DNA of 64,000 nt from an uncultured virus (IMG/VR IMGVR_UViG_3300010885_055091) (taxonomy: Duplodnaviria; Heunggongvirae; Uroviricota; Caudoviricetes): IMG/VR virus record IMGVR_UViG_3300010885_055091, positions 1 to 64,000 of that record; one strand, given 5' to 3'. This document shows positions 22,601-33,027 of this stretch, piece by piece (position 1 is the first letter of the stretch; every line of letters begins with the position of its first letter). A program made the position numbers and the translations under genes. Below the pieces are notes generated by a model. It had not been told where the DNA came from. It saw nothing but the letters and a program-made list of their open reading frames with translations, and ran no database searches.

Positions 22601-25000
22601 AGTCCATTTACGTTGCTAAGAGGCGGGGTAAACCCTCGTGTTTTAAGTAATGAGATCGACTACATCATTACTGATGGCGGATCAATAACCCTGAGAAATA
22701 ACCTGGAATATGGGCAAACATTAGAATGTTCATATGTTGCTCGTCAGTACATTCCATCCGACACACGATTCGAGTTTAATTATTCCTATGCGATTGCTCC
22801 TGACGAAAGCAGCAATGGCCTTTTAGGCCAGGCTTTATTATCGAATTATAATTTATACTCCCCTGATTCATTTTTCTTTAGAGCCGAAACATTCAAGTCA
22901 TATATACCCGAGTTAGCTGATGCTTTATCTACTCCGACCACTTCTACCACTTCCGGGCCAGTATTCAGTAATTTTGGATCTATACGTAATAAGGACTTCG
23001 GCATTCCATCATTATACTTTGATGAGACAAGATACCAAAACCTGGATACTGTAACTAAACGGTTATTACTATTCTATAATAATTTCACAAATTATTATGA
23101 AGACCTTCTATCAAATTATGACGGTCGTGTAGTGGGAGGTACAGACGGTAAATTCAAGTATAATCTTACTTCCCAGCAAGTACAAAAATACTCAGATATC
23201 AATAATGATATAGATGACAGTGTTTTATTGTATCACGAATTTGGGCTAATTAGTTTTATTCCTCCGGAAATTGGGATTTATCCTGTATATGGATTCATGT
23301 GGGAGTCTAATAAGTACTCTCGATTGTTCAGCACAGTTATAAATAAAAACTTTGTAGTCAATGACAAGGCGCCGCCCGACCTTATTGAAAACCTATTTTC
23401 CATCATGGGAAATGTAGGCGTAAAAAATATAGAATCCATGAGCGTAATAAGGTATGCTCTAGCTATTGAGTCATTTAAAAGAATTAATTTCAATACTGTT
23501 AGAATAGAAAAGAATGGTGACCCCAAAACACTTACGCCGCCATTTAAAGTAGGACAACCAGTTTTTATTTATGAAAATAATGGTACCATATTAAATCAAA
23601 GTGACCCTATTTACATATCTAAAATAGAACAAGACCCTAATGGATTTTATCTTGTTTCTTTTTTAAACATTCCAATACCAATCAATATCCCCCTATATGG
23701 CGGAATGGCCAAAAACGGTAAAGCCATTGATAATCAAGGAGAAAACGTAATATACTTCGATAACATCGATGTCTATACTGATTTTAGCACGGGGGAACTG
23801 ACAAATATCACGATTGAAGTTCCATTCGTAAATCCATTGGAATTTCAGAGGGCATTCGTCGCGAATTCCGTTTTAAATACGACGGTTACTTACAATAATA
23901 ATAGAACATCTCCTCAGAGGATTCCAGTATTAAAAGGGTCTATTTACAACGATGATGGTCTACCAAGTAATCCTCCACTAAGAAGAGACAGCGAAATTCT
24001 ACTATTACAAGATGAACTTGAATTCTGGGCAAGCGTTTTAATTCATGGCGGTAAGGTGGGTCCTACAGGTCCAGGGTCTTTGGATATAATATTTGATAGT
24101 AATTTAAATGTGAATGTCGGAGATGTGGTCGTCTTTTTAAATGGTCCGAACCTAGGACAAGAAAGGCTAGTAATACAAATAATAGACCCCAGCAGGTTTA
24201 GGGTTAACTCGGCTTTTGCTAATTCTACTGTATCTCAAAGCATAATAGAAAAGGTGAGTGTTGTAATACAGCACAAAAGTATACTCTCGAAAGAATTAGA
24301 TATAATAAAAAACAATGCTGATGTAAAAGCAGTCGCTCCAGCTTTGATCGGTTTGGTAAACTCAGAAATAACGTGCCTAGACTCGATCATTAACGAAATG
24401 GGGGAGACTGTCTATGAAGGAAGTGGTTTGACAACGTTAAACACTATCACGGACACCAGCAAAATATTTGAAAACTTAGAAAACTCATATGTTTGGGTAA
24501 CCGAAGGAAGTAATTATGGTTTATATCAGATAGATTCGTTTTTGAATGATACTGTTACTATTATCACGGAAAAACCATTTTATGCTTTCACCCAGCCTAT
24601 TGTTACAAAATATAAAGTCATTAAGCTGTTCGGTTGGTTATCTACCTTGGGTCCTGAATTCTTAGCTCCGTGTTACAAATCGACTAATAAATTCTATGAG
24701 GAGACTAAGGAATGGTACGAAACCAATAGTTGGGGCGACATAACGGAAAGAGTAAACAATGTATCCAAAAGACAACTAGAGCTATTCGAAAATCTCGATA
24801 GAATTTCTCAGATAATGAATTCAGGGGATTCATTATATAACCGGAGGTACTTATGGATTCAACAGAGAACGGATCGTCTGGACGGGTGGATTCCTCTTCG
24901 GAATCAAGCGATAAACAAGAGAATAGCGGACACGGCCAAGCTGGTGAACAATCAAGTGAGGATATCAACAGTCAATGCTCTGAGAAGTCTGGGTCAGTAA
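19700..25000 (+). CDS. Very large virion structural protein (baseplate-associated)
   Basis: ~1766-aa ORF (track start TTG 19691; ATG 19700 more plausible); beta-rich with repeated DY..D...G.I/V.F/L modules. Confidence 0.75.
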   Translation: MSFDTSGAVLEGVRLSQSVNTLVLPPRTLVQPQDTHDFNKISQRAEYCIFVTGQSKDADGIYINDPNLKFRWTRNDSIFRFSYDNVSRRWFPAPGSSPTRLGVISNENRLTAPIPVDNGVSNYQVYVSVPRVYEFQYVLVLSFSNPPPGTVEINRETGELNFSEQDISNPDLANQIVYISRQSFFNRARFNGNIITINSDGSYEAFLNPIPTSGEYPLLRIGYTEYLVSISYPNESSMPVPTSSGIINYALDTGRAFIYDSEANSGETIFYDGVINGETSANQYQLAVIPDTSPFLPLSIYIGQSTDFINLDDTTRFLFWGSRSEKDYYLNVSVVDENPTFTDSGTIEINKVNGNVYMNSYDCDRLKGSFLRYLDSYLEIENGITFQIFRSGANETGFVNSYDFFEYYKITNSVMSDNISGSPFLFLPSRPIDDSYLSYRVTDAPGSSGTFSGSLKKAENPEDLGLGYKVDFSTKTLSFSKRVEENKTVGVTTNILKLKYAALIPGGFEIKKNNEPLDSSDYSLDIGAGLVTFLESVGENDELNAFDVLGHAQGDTFTSFSFQFNALYVNKYILVSIGENVGFYRIKDFINGNTIRVEGLFPKDENVTVDIKSTKEIICDRVWTSINPRMKLFTLEKKNPDTGEYEYHDQSNYSIIPELGQITLNETPDPNDVFRANYLWINSPIEGINRNVSELNVKVTKEEKIEILASKIRLEKASYVKGKNYVSINQDNKSIVPLKGFRVIADGITVPASQIRFINNNSIFLGIILENQEIYVDYWIEENTGGSRVFTLINTPIDIDIPEFIPDNDNKILVINEDFTGIIKPGSAICVQDTNIYIVEASVYDSLKDTTSIVFESPIQVSYKGIFKTCDPVSLNQVTQASKTCPKGSNSVIISGSVDVKENYLIKINDFPFIVITSSYDIKKDVTSISFKSVLPVNAIIPSIFISLGPVVDPKPDFSTRKSAVFPSPFTLLRGGVNPRVLSNEIDYIITDGGSITLRNNLEYGQTLECSYVARQYIPSDTRFEFNYSYAIAPDESSNGLLGQALLSNYNLYSPDSFFFRAETFKSYIPELADALSTPTTSTTSGPVFSNFGSIRNKDFGIPSLYFDETRYQNLDTVTKRLLLFYNNFTNYYEDLLSNYDGRVVGGTDGKFKYNLTSQQVQKYSDINNDIDDSVLLYHEFGLISFIPPEIGIYPVYGFMWESNKYSRLFSTVINKNFVVNDKAPPDLIENLFSIMGNVGVKNIESMSVIRYALAIESFKRINFNTVRIEKNGDPKTLTPPFKVGQPVFIYENNGTILNQSDPIYISKIEQDPNGFYLVSFLNIPIPINIPLYGGMAKNGKAIDNQGENVIYFDNIDVYTDFSTGELTNITIEVPFVNPLEFQRAFVANSVLNTTVTYNNNRTSPQRIPVLKGSIYNDDGLPSNPPLRRDSEILLLQDELEFWASVLIHGGKVGPTGPGSLDIIFDSNLNVNVGDVVVFLNGPNLGQERLVIQIIDPSRFRVNSAFANSTVSQSIIEKVSVVIQHKSILSKELDIIKNNADVKAVAPALIGLVNSEITCLDSIINEMGETVYEGSGLTTLNTITDTSKIFENLENSYVWVTEGSNYGLYQIDSFLNDTVTIITEKPFYAFTQPIVTKYKVIKLFGWLSTLGPEFLAPCYKSTNKFYEETKEWYETNSWGDITERVNNVSKRQLELFENLDRISQIMNSGDSLYNRRYLWIQQRTDRLDGWIPLRNQAINKRIADTAKLVNNQVRISTVNALRSLGQ

Positions 25001-25149
25001 AATGGCAAAATAACGTTCAGGCAAATTTTAGAAATGTCACGGCTCCACTTGAATATATTAAAACCCTTTTGGAAGTGGCTATTCAAATGCATAAGAAAGA
25101 ACTAATGGGTATGCAGGAGAAAACTAAACAATATAAGAATAATGGATAA
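24853..25149 (+). CDS. Small protein overlapping the 3' end of the upstream gene by 148 nt
   Basis: GGAGGT at 24843-24848 before ATG 24853; C-terminal half fills the 25001-25154 gap and reads as an amphipathic helix. Confidence 0.6.
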   Translation: MDSTENGSSGRVDSSSESSDKQENSGHGQAGEQSSEDINSQCSEKSGSVKWQNNVQANFRNVTAPLEYIKTLLEVAIQMHKKELMGMQEKTKQYKNNG

Positions 25150-25154
25150 TTACG

Positions 25155-27542
25155 ATGAGCGAAAATAATGCAGAATGGGAAAAAGTAAACCTTAAACTTC
25201 TCCCACTTGATGCTTTAAAACCCCCACTTGTAGTTGCCTTAGTAGCTTTACAATTTGTCGAGTCATTATTAGAAATCGCTCTCTTAGTAATTAAAGCGGT
25301 GGGTCTTTTTCTCATTAATCCGCTTGTAGCACTAATAGCACTTATTCTTGCCGCTGTCAGATTGATCATAAACCAGCTTAGAGCCACAGGATTCTCGTTT
25401 TTACTGATAATCCCAGATTTTCAAAGGGGAGACGTAGCAGGAATCTTAAACTCAGTATCTGGCGGATTTAGCGGTTTTGAACGAAAAATAGTTTATAAAA
25501 TGAGGGATAAATCAGATCTATATAGACCTGCTTATCCGGAAGGCAGCGTCGTAGCATGTGTCATCGGGTTTTTTAGTGTATCTAACGCTTATCAGTTATA
25601 CTTGATCATAAAAAAGATCCTAGATATGTTCTTCGGGGCTGCTCCATTTACTTCTTTAGTTCCGTCTCCGGTCAACCTCAAGGTAAATCTTACTGCTGAT
25701 TCAAATGATCCTTACTCTGCTATTTTAGATGTTAGAGACAGTGCTTTAAGGTTAGCTAACACAATTAAAAAAATAAGCAAAGATCAATTACGACCTTCTT
25801 TAATGTTGTCTTGGTCCATGTCTTCAAATCCTGGAGGGTCAAATGCTCCCGGATTCATGAATTCATTGGTTAGTGCATATTTAGCATTCCGCTTACCTGG
25901 ATTCATTATTGAAAGGAGTGAATTGCCAAAAGGGAAAGAAGTTAAAATACAAATAGAAACAGACATAAATGGTACTCTCATTGAAGATATTCAAAAAGAG
26001 TATGGGATCCCAACCAACCCTACTTTTAAACTATTGAGAGAACCAGATGGTAGTACCTCATATAGACTTTTTGAAAAGCGAACATTCTTTGATACAGGGG
26101 ATGTAGGAAGCAACATACTTGATACTTTCTCTAATACATATAGATATCTAGATAAAAACGTCGATTATGGAAAGACTTACTACTACAGAGTAAGAGCTGT
26201 TTTTGGGGACCCGTCAGATTATTGCGAGGCTAGTGAAGATGCTATTAGAGAGGAAAATTCTGAATTCGTAGAAGTAAAAAATAACATACCGAGAATAAAT
26301 TATTCAGGAAATGGCGATGATGTGATTGTAGGCTCTTATAGCCGAGTAGTATCAAGCACTGTTCCTCAAAACATAGACGGATGGGATCCTTATACAGATA
26401 TTTTTAACGCCACGATGGCGGGATTTTTGTTAAATTTCGAAATTCCTGCTATTCCTGCCTCGGATGATGCATTTAAACGAAGACAGACCACTGGGTGGGG
26501 GACTCTTGATTACGTAGGTTCGCAATTAGCAATTTATAAGTTACTGAAAAATGACTCTAATAAGTTCAAGAACTTTCTTCCAGTAATAATGGTAGTAAGA
26601 AAATTATTGAATCTTGTTATTAATAGTATTCTTTCCAATGCAAATCTAAGCGCAGATTTACAGACACAGTATGAATTAGTCAGGGATGATGTAGAAAGAT
26701 TACTTGGTAATCCCAAATCTATTCAAGGATTCGATCCAATAGGGATTACTTGGACATTTCCTAAATACAAAAAGAATCCCTTTAGTAATACAATAACACC
26801 ATCTTCTCTAGCGACTATTGATTCATATCTATCTAAAGAGTTATCATATAAAAAGGGTCAAAGGAATCTAAACGGACCTTATCCAGTAGGCCCCTGGTCT
26901 ACCAAAACTAATGATATAACTTATACTTCATTCGATGATAACAAGCGAGCAATACTAGGAGAATTATTAAGCTCGGTCTATTCATGTCTTACTGTGACAA
27001 CTGGTTATCTTAGGTGGTACGGGGTCACTCTAGGTGAGCTTTTTGGCCCTCTGATGCGCTTCTTAATGGCTCTTAACCAATTCATTAATTCCATTCTAAA
27101 AGCCTTAAGAGGAGCCCTCCAAGAAGCAGAAAAGATTATTCGTAATATAATGGATAAGATCAGGAGATTAGAAGAATTAGTGAAAGCTATCATAGCGTTA
27201 ATCAATTTATTGAACTTAGATTTTACCCTTGGTATATTGGCATATGGCACTACAGGCGGAGGAGTAGAATCTTTAATCACTAGGATCACCACTGCTGAGA
27301 ATAAGCCAATAACTAGTCCCAGTGATTTACACTCTGGATTCGTTTTAACTGCTGGAACAGTAGGAAAGGGAGCCATTGATGCGATAAACGCCATATTGAC
27401 CATAATTGGCGTAGGTGCCATTGATACTGGCGAGGGTGAACCCACTGATTCACCCTCGGATCTTCAGGGGGCGAATCAGGTCATTATCCCTCAAATACCG
27501 GGCGTTACTATTCCTAAACCTTCTGGAAATCAAGGTAGCTGA
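25155..27542 (+). CDS. Virion protein with hydrophobic helical termini and FN3-like segment
   Basis: 795 aa; long hydrophobic N-terminal helices; YLDKNVDYGKTYYYRVRAV FN3-like motif; C-terminal heptad helix. Confidence 0.65.
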   Translation: MSENNAEWEKVNLKLLPLDALKPPLVVALVALQFVESLLEIALLVIKAVGLFLINPLVALIALILAAVRLIINQLRATGFSFLLIIPDFQRGDVAGILNSVSGGFSGFERKIVYKMRDKSDLYRPAYPEGSVVACVIGFFSVSNAYQLYLIIKKILDMFFGAAPFTSLVPSPVNLKVNLTADSNDPYSAILDVRDSALRLANTIKKISKDQLRPSLMLSWSMSSNPGGSNAPGFMNSLVSAYLAFRLPGFIIERSELPKGKEVKIQIETDINGTLIEDIQKEYGIPTNPTFKLLREPDGSTSYRLFEKRTFFDTGDVGSNILDTFSNTYRYLDKNVDYGKTYYYRVRAVFGDPSDYCEASEDAIREENSEFVEVKNNIPRINYSGNGDDVIVGSYSRVVSSTVPQNIDGWDPYTDIFNATMAGFLLNFEIPAIPASDDAFKRRQTTGWGTLDYVGSQLAIYKLLKNDSNKFKNFLPVIMVVRKLLNLVINSILSNANLSADLQTQYELVRDDVERLLGNPKSIQGFDPIGITWTFPKYKKNPFSNTITPSSLATIDSYLSKELSYKKGQRNLNGPYPVGPWSTKTNDITYTSFDDNKRAILGELLSSVYSCLTVTTGYLRWYGVTLGELFGPLMRFLMALNQFINSILKALRGALQEAEKIIRNIMDKIRRLEELVKAIIALINLLNLDFTLGILAYGTTGGGVESLITRITTAENKPITSPSDLHSGFVLTAGTVGKGAIDAINAILTIIGVGAIDTGEGEPTDSPSDLQGANQVIIPQIPGVTIPKPSGNQGS

Positions 27543-27552
27543 GTGAATAATC

Positions 27553-28326
27553 ATGGCATTTAATTTTTATGGAGTTTTCACCACCGGTCAATTTGACAAA
27601 TTCTATTATTTTTCAAAAATACAAGAGCAGGACCTAAAGAATAGAGTAGCTTATTTAGAAAAAAGACTGTCTCAGGTTGGAACAATAGAAACCAATTATG
27701 ATCCTGTAACCAATTATCCTGTTCAGTATGAGCCTGATATTCCTTATTCTTACCTTTATAAGTTATTCGTGGCCTACAAGGCCTTAGGGGGAAATCCTGA
27801 AGAAGATTTTTTGATTCGTAAAAGAGATTTGCCTGTATTCCTGAAACCAGGCGAAGATTTAACTAACGACATATACGATTTAACAGGCGGCGATTCCAAA
27901 GAATTTAGTAATGGAAGGTTTAACCGAATGGGAAATATTCGTGCTGATAGGCCAATGGGTATTCAGACAGAAAGAATGAAGCATTGGCAGCTTGAGGTGA
28001 TAAAATACAAAAGAGAATATCTGGAATATAAAATCAAAAGGGCTTTAGATCTTAGTGATGAAATATCTGAAGAATTAAAATTATTAAAATTAATGGTAGA
28101 TGAAAATGAACCTAGTCGTAGTTTAGACGGGATAGTTTCAGAAGTATCAAATCTGGCGTTTTCTAGAGGGGCCATGTTCGTCATTCAAGATATGAATGAT
28201 ATTTGGGGTCTTAAGATAGGACCAATTACCGATGTCATGAATCAACAAGATCTTGAGAATTACCAAGCATTTGGGGAAAGATTGCCTGGTGGTTCTACTG
28301 ATCAGACCCTTACTACGGATATCTAG
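27553..28326 (+). CDS. Hypothetical virion-module protein
   Basis: 257-aa ORF within the operon; coiled-coil-like segments. Confidence 0.7.
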   Translation: MAFNFYGVFTTGQFDKFYYFSKIQEQDLKNRVAYLEKRLSQVGTIETNYDPVTNYPVQYEPDIPYSYLYKLFVAYKALGGNPEEDFLIRKRDLPVFLKPGEDLTNDIYDLTGGDSKEFSNGRFNRMGNIRADRPMGIQTERMKHWQLEVIKYKREYLEYKIKRALDLSDEISEELKLLKLMVDENEPSRSLDGIVSEVSNLAFSRGAMFVIQDMNDIWGLKIGPITDVMNQQDLENYQAFGERLPGGSTDQTLTTDI

Positions 28327-28359
28327 TTTTAGACTTCCTAATGCATTTTAATTTTAGAT

Positions 28360-29544
28360 ATGAGTTATGATTTTTATATAGACAAGGTATGTCCTCATAC
28401 CATTGTAGATGAATTGGGAGTCTTAAGTGACTTCGATGCGGCTTTGCCGTCGAAGATATCATTCCCACTTTCTAGACCGCCATCAAATTTTTCAGTAAAA
28501 ATAAACGTGGATGGTGTTGATATTCCACCATCAGGGCTCTATACTAAGGCTGTAGCCATATTCAATAAGGTAGATCCTTATCGAATAATCTCCAATGTTA
28601 ATGACCTAATATTATTCCGTATGAATAATGAACCTGTTAGGACTATTCAGCTTCCTGCTGGGAATGCAGTTTCTGCGAAGACTTTAGCTAAGTTCTTGAG
28701 CCGAATTATTCCTGACCTGAACATAGAAGCTGAAAATGGGAAAGTAGTATTTAGTTCTCAGTCACCATACAATGGTATTTTATTTAGTTTCCCGGACCCT
28801 AGGTGGACTGATAAGGTGTCCGCCCTCATAAGTACTTCTAGAATAATGGCTGCTTACAAGACTTTGGGACTTAATCCAGGAAAGTGCGGTATTGGTAGAA
28901 AAATATTTAGTGGGTATTCGGTAAAACTTAATCAATATACATTCGTAGAACAGTATATTGTAGAATTTGATGATCCAGTCTACAATAGTAAACCAGTAGT
29001 ATTTGTTACATATCAGACTATTGCCCCATATTGCCCCAGATGCCTAGGTAGCCGAGTTGAATATGACTATTCAATATACAATGGTTCGTATAATACGGTC
29101 CGTAATACTGATTTACTAATTCAAGAATTCAGCAAGTTTCTATTTACCATTAAGGGGACGCACTGGAAGTGGCCATGGATAGGGTCTAATCTATCTAGTA
29201 GAATAGGAGCTAAGGGAAATACTGGGCTTGGGTTAGCTTCTACGTTTGTTCAGATGGATATAGAGAATGCATTTTCAGTATATCAGAACATAAAGAAGCA
29301 GCAATTGTTGAACTTCCCCGGACAAAATGTTACAGATGCGGAATATCCGATTAGTCTCATGGATACGAAAGTCGAAAATAAGAATGACCCGACCATATTC
29401 TACGCTAATTTTACCGTCATGAGTAAATCTACAGAGCCTGTTCAGATAACCAGACAGTTATCTGAACCTGACATATATCAAATTACGACCAGTCCCGGAG
29501 CTGTTTTACAACAAGCGGCAAGAGGATTTCAGCAGGTATTATGA
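28360..29544 (+). CDS. Baseplate wedge protein with gp25-like C-terminal domain
   Basis: CPRC motif then TVRNTDLLIQEFSKFLFTIKGTHWKWPWIGSNL, resembling gp25/gpW; immediately before the baseplate J-like gene. Confidence 0.65.
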   Translation: MSYDFYIDKVCPHTIVDELGVLSDFDAALPSKISFPLSRPPSNFSVKINVDGVDIPPSGLYTKAVAIFNKVDPYRIISNVNDLILFRMNNEPVRTIQLPAGNAVSAKTLAKFLSRIIPDLNIEAENGKVVFSSQSPYNGILFSFPDPRWTDKVSALISTSRIMAAYKTLGLNPGKCGIGRKIFSGYSVKLNQYTFVEQYIVEFDDPVYNSKPVVFVTYQTIAPYCPRCLGSRVEYDYSIYNGSYNTVRNTDLLIQEFSKFLFTIKGTHWKWPWIGSNLSSRIGAKGNTGLGLASTFVQMDIENAFSVYQNIKKQQLLNFPGQNVTDAEYPISLMDTKVENKNDPTIFYANFTVMSKSTEPVQITRQLSEPDIYQITTSPGAVLQQAARGFQQVL

Positions 29545-29573
29545 GATGAGGTGTTAATTGATTAAGGAAATAA

Positions 29574-32500
29574 ATGGCCACTGCACCCAGACTTAACTAT
29601 TTCGATAATTCGGGTACGACTGTTAATTTGGTGGTATATACTAATACTTCTAGTATATACTTAACTGGCGCTCTGGACGCAGATACTGTCGATGTTCAAA
29701 TTAGTATCAATGGCAGTGGGTTCATATCCGATCCTACGCTCATAGGACTAAATTTACCTAATTTTTCTGTTCCGAATTTGAATAGCTTTCCTGCTGGACT
29801 ACAGTTAGAAGCAGGTCTTAATACCATAGAGTTAAGAGCAGTCGACATATCAGGTAGTGTTAGCCCAGTCACTATAGCGAGTATAACAGTATCCACAGAG
29901 TACAACGTAACACTCATAGAAGCTTCGCCAACAGGCGTTGTGATGAATAGATTTAGTGATTATGTCGAGATAGGATGGACTCTTGCTCAAGATATTGGAT
30001 TTTATACTCCGACTCCCATATCTGGATATAATGTATATGCTAGTACAGGCCCAGGAGGCACTGGTTCAGGATACTTGAGACTTAATACCCAACTCATTCC
30101 AGTAGATAATCCCTCTGAATACACGGAGTCTGAAATCGATACTAGAGAGGTATCCTACGATTTTCCGTTTTCGGAACAAGATGTGGCTCAAAGTCTTTCC
30201 ATAAAATTTGATAAGGTTTCATCCAGCGATTATCAATTTAGAGAGAGATTGTATGAAAATGTTTACCCCCTGTTACTTTCCCCTAACTACAGAGTAAAAC
30301 TAACCTTTTCTCGTTTAGAACAGACTAGAAGGTTTAAGTTCCGACATAATAGAAATGATGATTTATCCTCTGGAGTTCTGAATAACGACACATTCGGGTT
30401 CATCCTCCCTTATATTCCTATTTATTATGTCGTTACGGCAGTTTATGTAGATAATGAAAGAAACACGATGGTTGAGAGCAGATATTCAGAGGAATTAGTG
30501 GGGTCCCCGCTTCCAATGGATATAAATGTCCGGGGACTTAGGATTAGAGACCAATCCGTCGTAGCGCAGGAGTATATTAAAACTCTTCAGTCTGTGGCTC
30601 CTGAACTGTCTTTAATACCCGGATCAACCATTAGAGAAGTTCATATTGAACCATTTTCTAATGAAATCCAAAAGTCGTACTTTTTGATGGACTTTGTTAA
30701 TAGAGCAAAATCTTTTCCCGCCCTACTAGCCATTGATGACCCGTCAAATTCTAACTTTAGCATTCCTGTGGCTAACTCGCAGTATAAGTCGAACCTGAAA
30801 ACTGCGTTATCAGTTCCTACAGATACCACAGTACAAGAACTCATAAACAATGCCTTCGATTCTCTTGCTAAAAATTTCGGGGTAATTCGTAAGGGTCGTA
30901 CATTAGCTTCTGTAAATCAAACATTCTATACCACAACCAAACCTTTAAGAGATCTATATGTAAATCAGGGAACAGTCGTTAGGTCCGGTACTAATCCGGG
31001 AGTTCCACGGTTTATGGCTAACGGCCAGGTTGTTTTACCTGCCGCAAGTGCATCTAGATATTATAATTATGATAAGAAAAGATATGAAATAAAAGTACCT
31101 ATGATTGCCGAAACAGCTGGTGCTTCAGGCAACGTGCCTGCCGGGAGCTTAGATTCTATTGTCTCTGGATCTTTTGGACTACTTACAATAAATGAAGAAG
31201 CAGCTTTTGGTGGTACCGAAAGCCAGAGTAATTTAGAATTAGCCACAGAATCATCGCGTGTTCTTGTTTCTTTGGATACGGGTACTGCTGGTGGATATGA
31301 AAAACTAGCCGCCAGTATCCCCGGTGTCCAGGATTATGTTTTGGTAAGTTCAGGTGATGAATATATGATGCGGGATTGGGATCCCGTAAGAATGAAGCAC
31401 GTCGGTGGAAAAGCAGATATATATGTTAAGGGAACTATAGAAAGAACCATTAATGAGACGTTTGCTTTTGAATTTAATATAGCTAGAAATGTTAGATTTG
31501 ATGTAATAGATCCCATAAATTTAGTATTTCGTGCTAGAGATTCAAGGTTATCTGTAGATAACCCTATTCAGGAAGTGTTATTCAATCCTTCTCAAGATTT
31601 AGGACTATTTAACTTTAGCAATTTTCCAACATCTGCCTATGACTTGATAGGGGTAGAAATAGTAGATTTTAGGACCATTAGATTAAGCCTTTTGGTTCCT
31701 CAACCAGACACTGCTCTCGATGATTTTATAACGGGTAGCTATAGATATCGCAACAACAATAAATTCACACCATCAGTCCAGCCGGTCATATCTGTATCAT
31801 CTGTTGTAGGAGAAATAAGTGGTATCATAAGTCCGGGTAATGGATATCTATTATATAAAACCCAAGACCCACTAATAGATGGCGAAAGTAGTCTAGCCAA
31901 TGACTACGTAGAAATAAAACAAGTAGATAATGTGCCTTCTGGTGATGTAATAATCGTAAATGATGAGACACATGTACTAATCGGCCAAATTGAAGAGGGG
32001 TTACTTAACATTGGCATAAACCTGTCTACCATTTTGGTGCTTTCCGAAGATAGAACTACCATCTTCAATGGTCCAGACACTGAAGACCCTGATTATTCCT
32101 TAATGTCAGGCACATCGACAACTGCCATCAGGATAGTAAGAACTATCGATTCTAATATTCCTGACGGTTCGGTTGTATCCGTGGATTATGAACATGATGA
32201 AAATTTCGAGGTTACGTACACGGTAAATGACCTTCTGACACGTCTGCAACTTGAAGTAAATAGAATGAAGCACATCACCGCTGATGTGGTAGCCAAGCAA
32301 GCTATTGCAAATCCACTAGACATACAAGCAACTATTCAATTGCGTCCCGGATATGAACAAAGCACTGTAAATAATAACATTAGGACTGGTTATTCTAATC
32401 TAATATTATCTAGGGAAATAGGCGAGCCCATTCACGTTTCTGACATTACGGCTGTCATTGATAACTCTGATGGTGTAGACTTCGTAGTTCAGCCGTTTGC

Positions 32501-33026
32501 AAAATTGACTCTCCAGAATGGGGCGCAAAGAGTAAGAGACAGTATACCGAGTTTTAATAATTTTATTCCCTCATTGTCTCGTGGAACTAATGCAGTATAT
32601 ATCTTAACAGATTCGTTCCCATTTGCTACAGTAGATAGTGGTGGTCCGGAGAACGTACATAAAGACGTATTTAAAGATAACATTGCTATGGCAACTTCAC
32701 CTACCTTAAATAGGATAGGTGATATAGTAAATCAGGCATATATTATTGGGGATGATGGTGCTGTTATAGCTGGATACTCTGATGATTTAACTATTCTTAA
32801 CTCTGGGTATACTGCAAATCAAATTGACAATGTTAGAATGGAACTAACTGCTAATAAAGTAGTGGTGTCTTTGGACTATGGGGTTACACCAGCTGACACT
32901 CCCGACTCACATTCATTTAGTGTTAGTTATTTTGTCTACAATGACTCTGGAGTTAAGGATATTATTACTTCAAGTGTTGAATACTTAAACCCAGGAAATT
33001 TAACGCTTACGTTTAGAAAGGCCTAA
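29574..33026 (+). CDS. Baseplate J / gp6-like wedge protein
   Basis: GSTIREVHIEP, FDSLAKNFGVIR, AETAGASGNVPAGSL..NEEAAFGGTESQSNLEL, IGEPIHVSDITAVIDNSDGVDFV are baseplate-J hallmarks. Confidence 0.85.
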   Translation: MATAPRLNYFDNSGTTVNLVVYTNTSSIYLTGALDADTVDVQISINGSGFISDPTLIGLNLPNFSVPNLNSFPAGLQLEAGLNTIELRAVDISGSVSPVTIASITVSTEYNVTLIEASPTGVVMNRFSDYVEIGWTLAQDIGFYTPTPISGYNVYASTGPGGTGSGYLRLNTQLIPVDNPSEYTESEIDTREVSYDFPFSEQDVAQSLSIKFDKVSSSDYQFRERLYENVYPLLLSPNYRVKLTFSRLEQTRRFKFRHNRNDDLSSGVLNNDTFGFILPYIPIYYVVTAVYVDNERNTMVESRYSEELVGSPLPMDINVRGLRIRDQSVVAQEYIKTLQSVAPELSLIPGSTIREVHIEPFSNEIQKSYFLMDFVNRAKSFPALLAIDDPSNSNFSIPVANSQYKSNLKTALSVPTDTTVQELINNAFDSLAKNFGVIRKGRTLASVNQTFYTTTKPLRDLYVNQGTVVRSGTNPGVPRFMANGQVVLPAASASRYYNYDKKRYEIKVPMIAETAGASGNVPAGSLDSIVSGSFGLLTINEEAAFGGTESQSNLELATESSRVLVSLDTGTAGGYEKLAASIPGVQDYVLVSSGDEYMMRDWDPVRMKHVGGKADIYVKGTIERTINETFAFEFNIARNVRFDVIDPINLVFRARDSRLSVDNPIQEVLFNPSQDLGLFNFSNFPTSAYDLIGVEIVDFRTIRLSLLVPQPDTALDDFITGSYRYRNNNKFTPSVQPVISVSSVVGEISGIISPGNGYLLYKTQDPLIDGESSLANDYVEIKQVDNVPSGDVIIVNDETHVLIGQIEEGLLNIGINLSTILVLSEDRTTIFNGPDTEDPDYSLMSGTSTTAIRIVRTIDSNIPDGSVVSVDYEHDENFEVTYTVNDLLTRLQLEVNRMKHITADVVAKQAIANPLDIQATIQLRPGYEQSTVNNNIRTGYSNLILSREIGEPIHVSDITAVIDNSDGVDFVVQPFAKLTLQNGAQRVRDSIPSFNNFIPSLSRGTNAVYILTDSFPFATVDSGGPENVHKDVFKDNIAMATSPTLNRIGDIVNQAYIIGDDGAVIAGYSDDLTILNSGYTANQIDNVRMELTANKVVVSLDYGVTPADTPDSHSFSVSYFVYNDSGVKDIITSSVEYLNPGNLTLTFRKA

Positions 33027-33027
33027 A

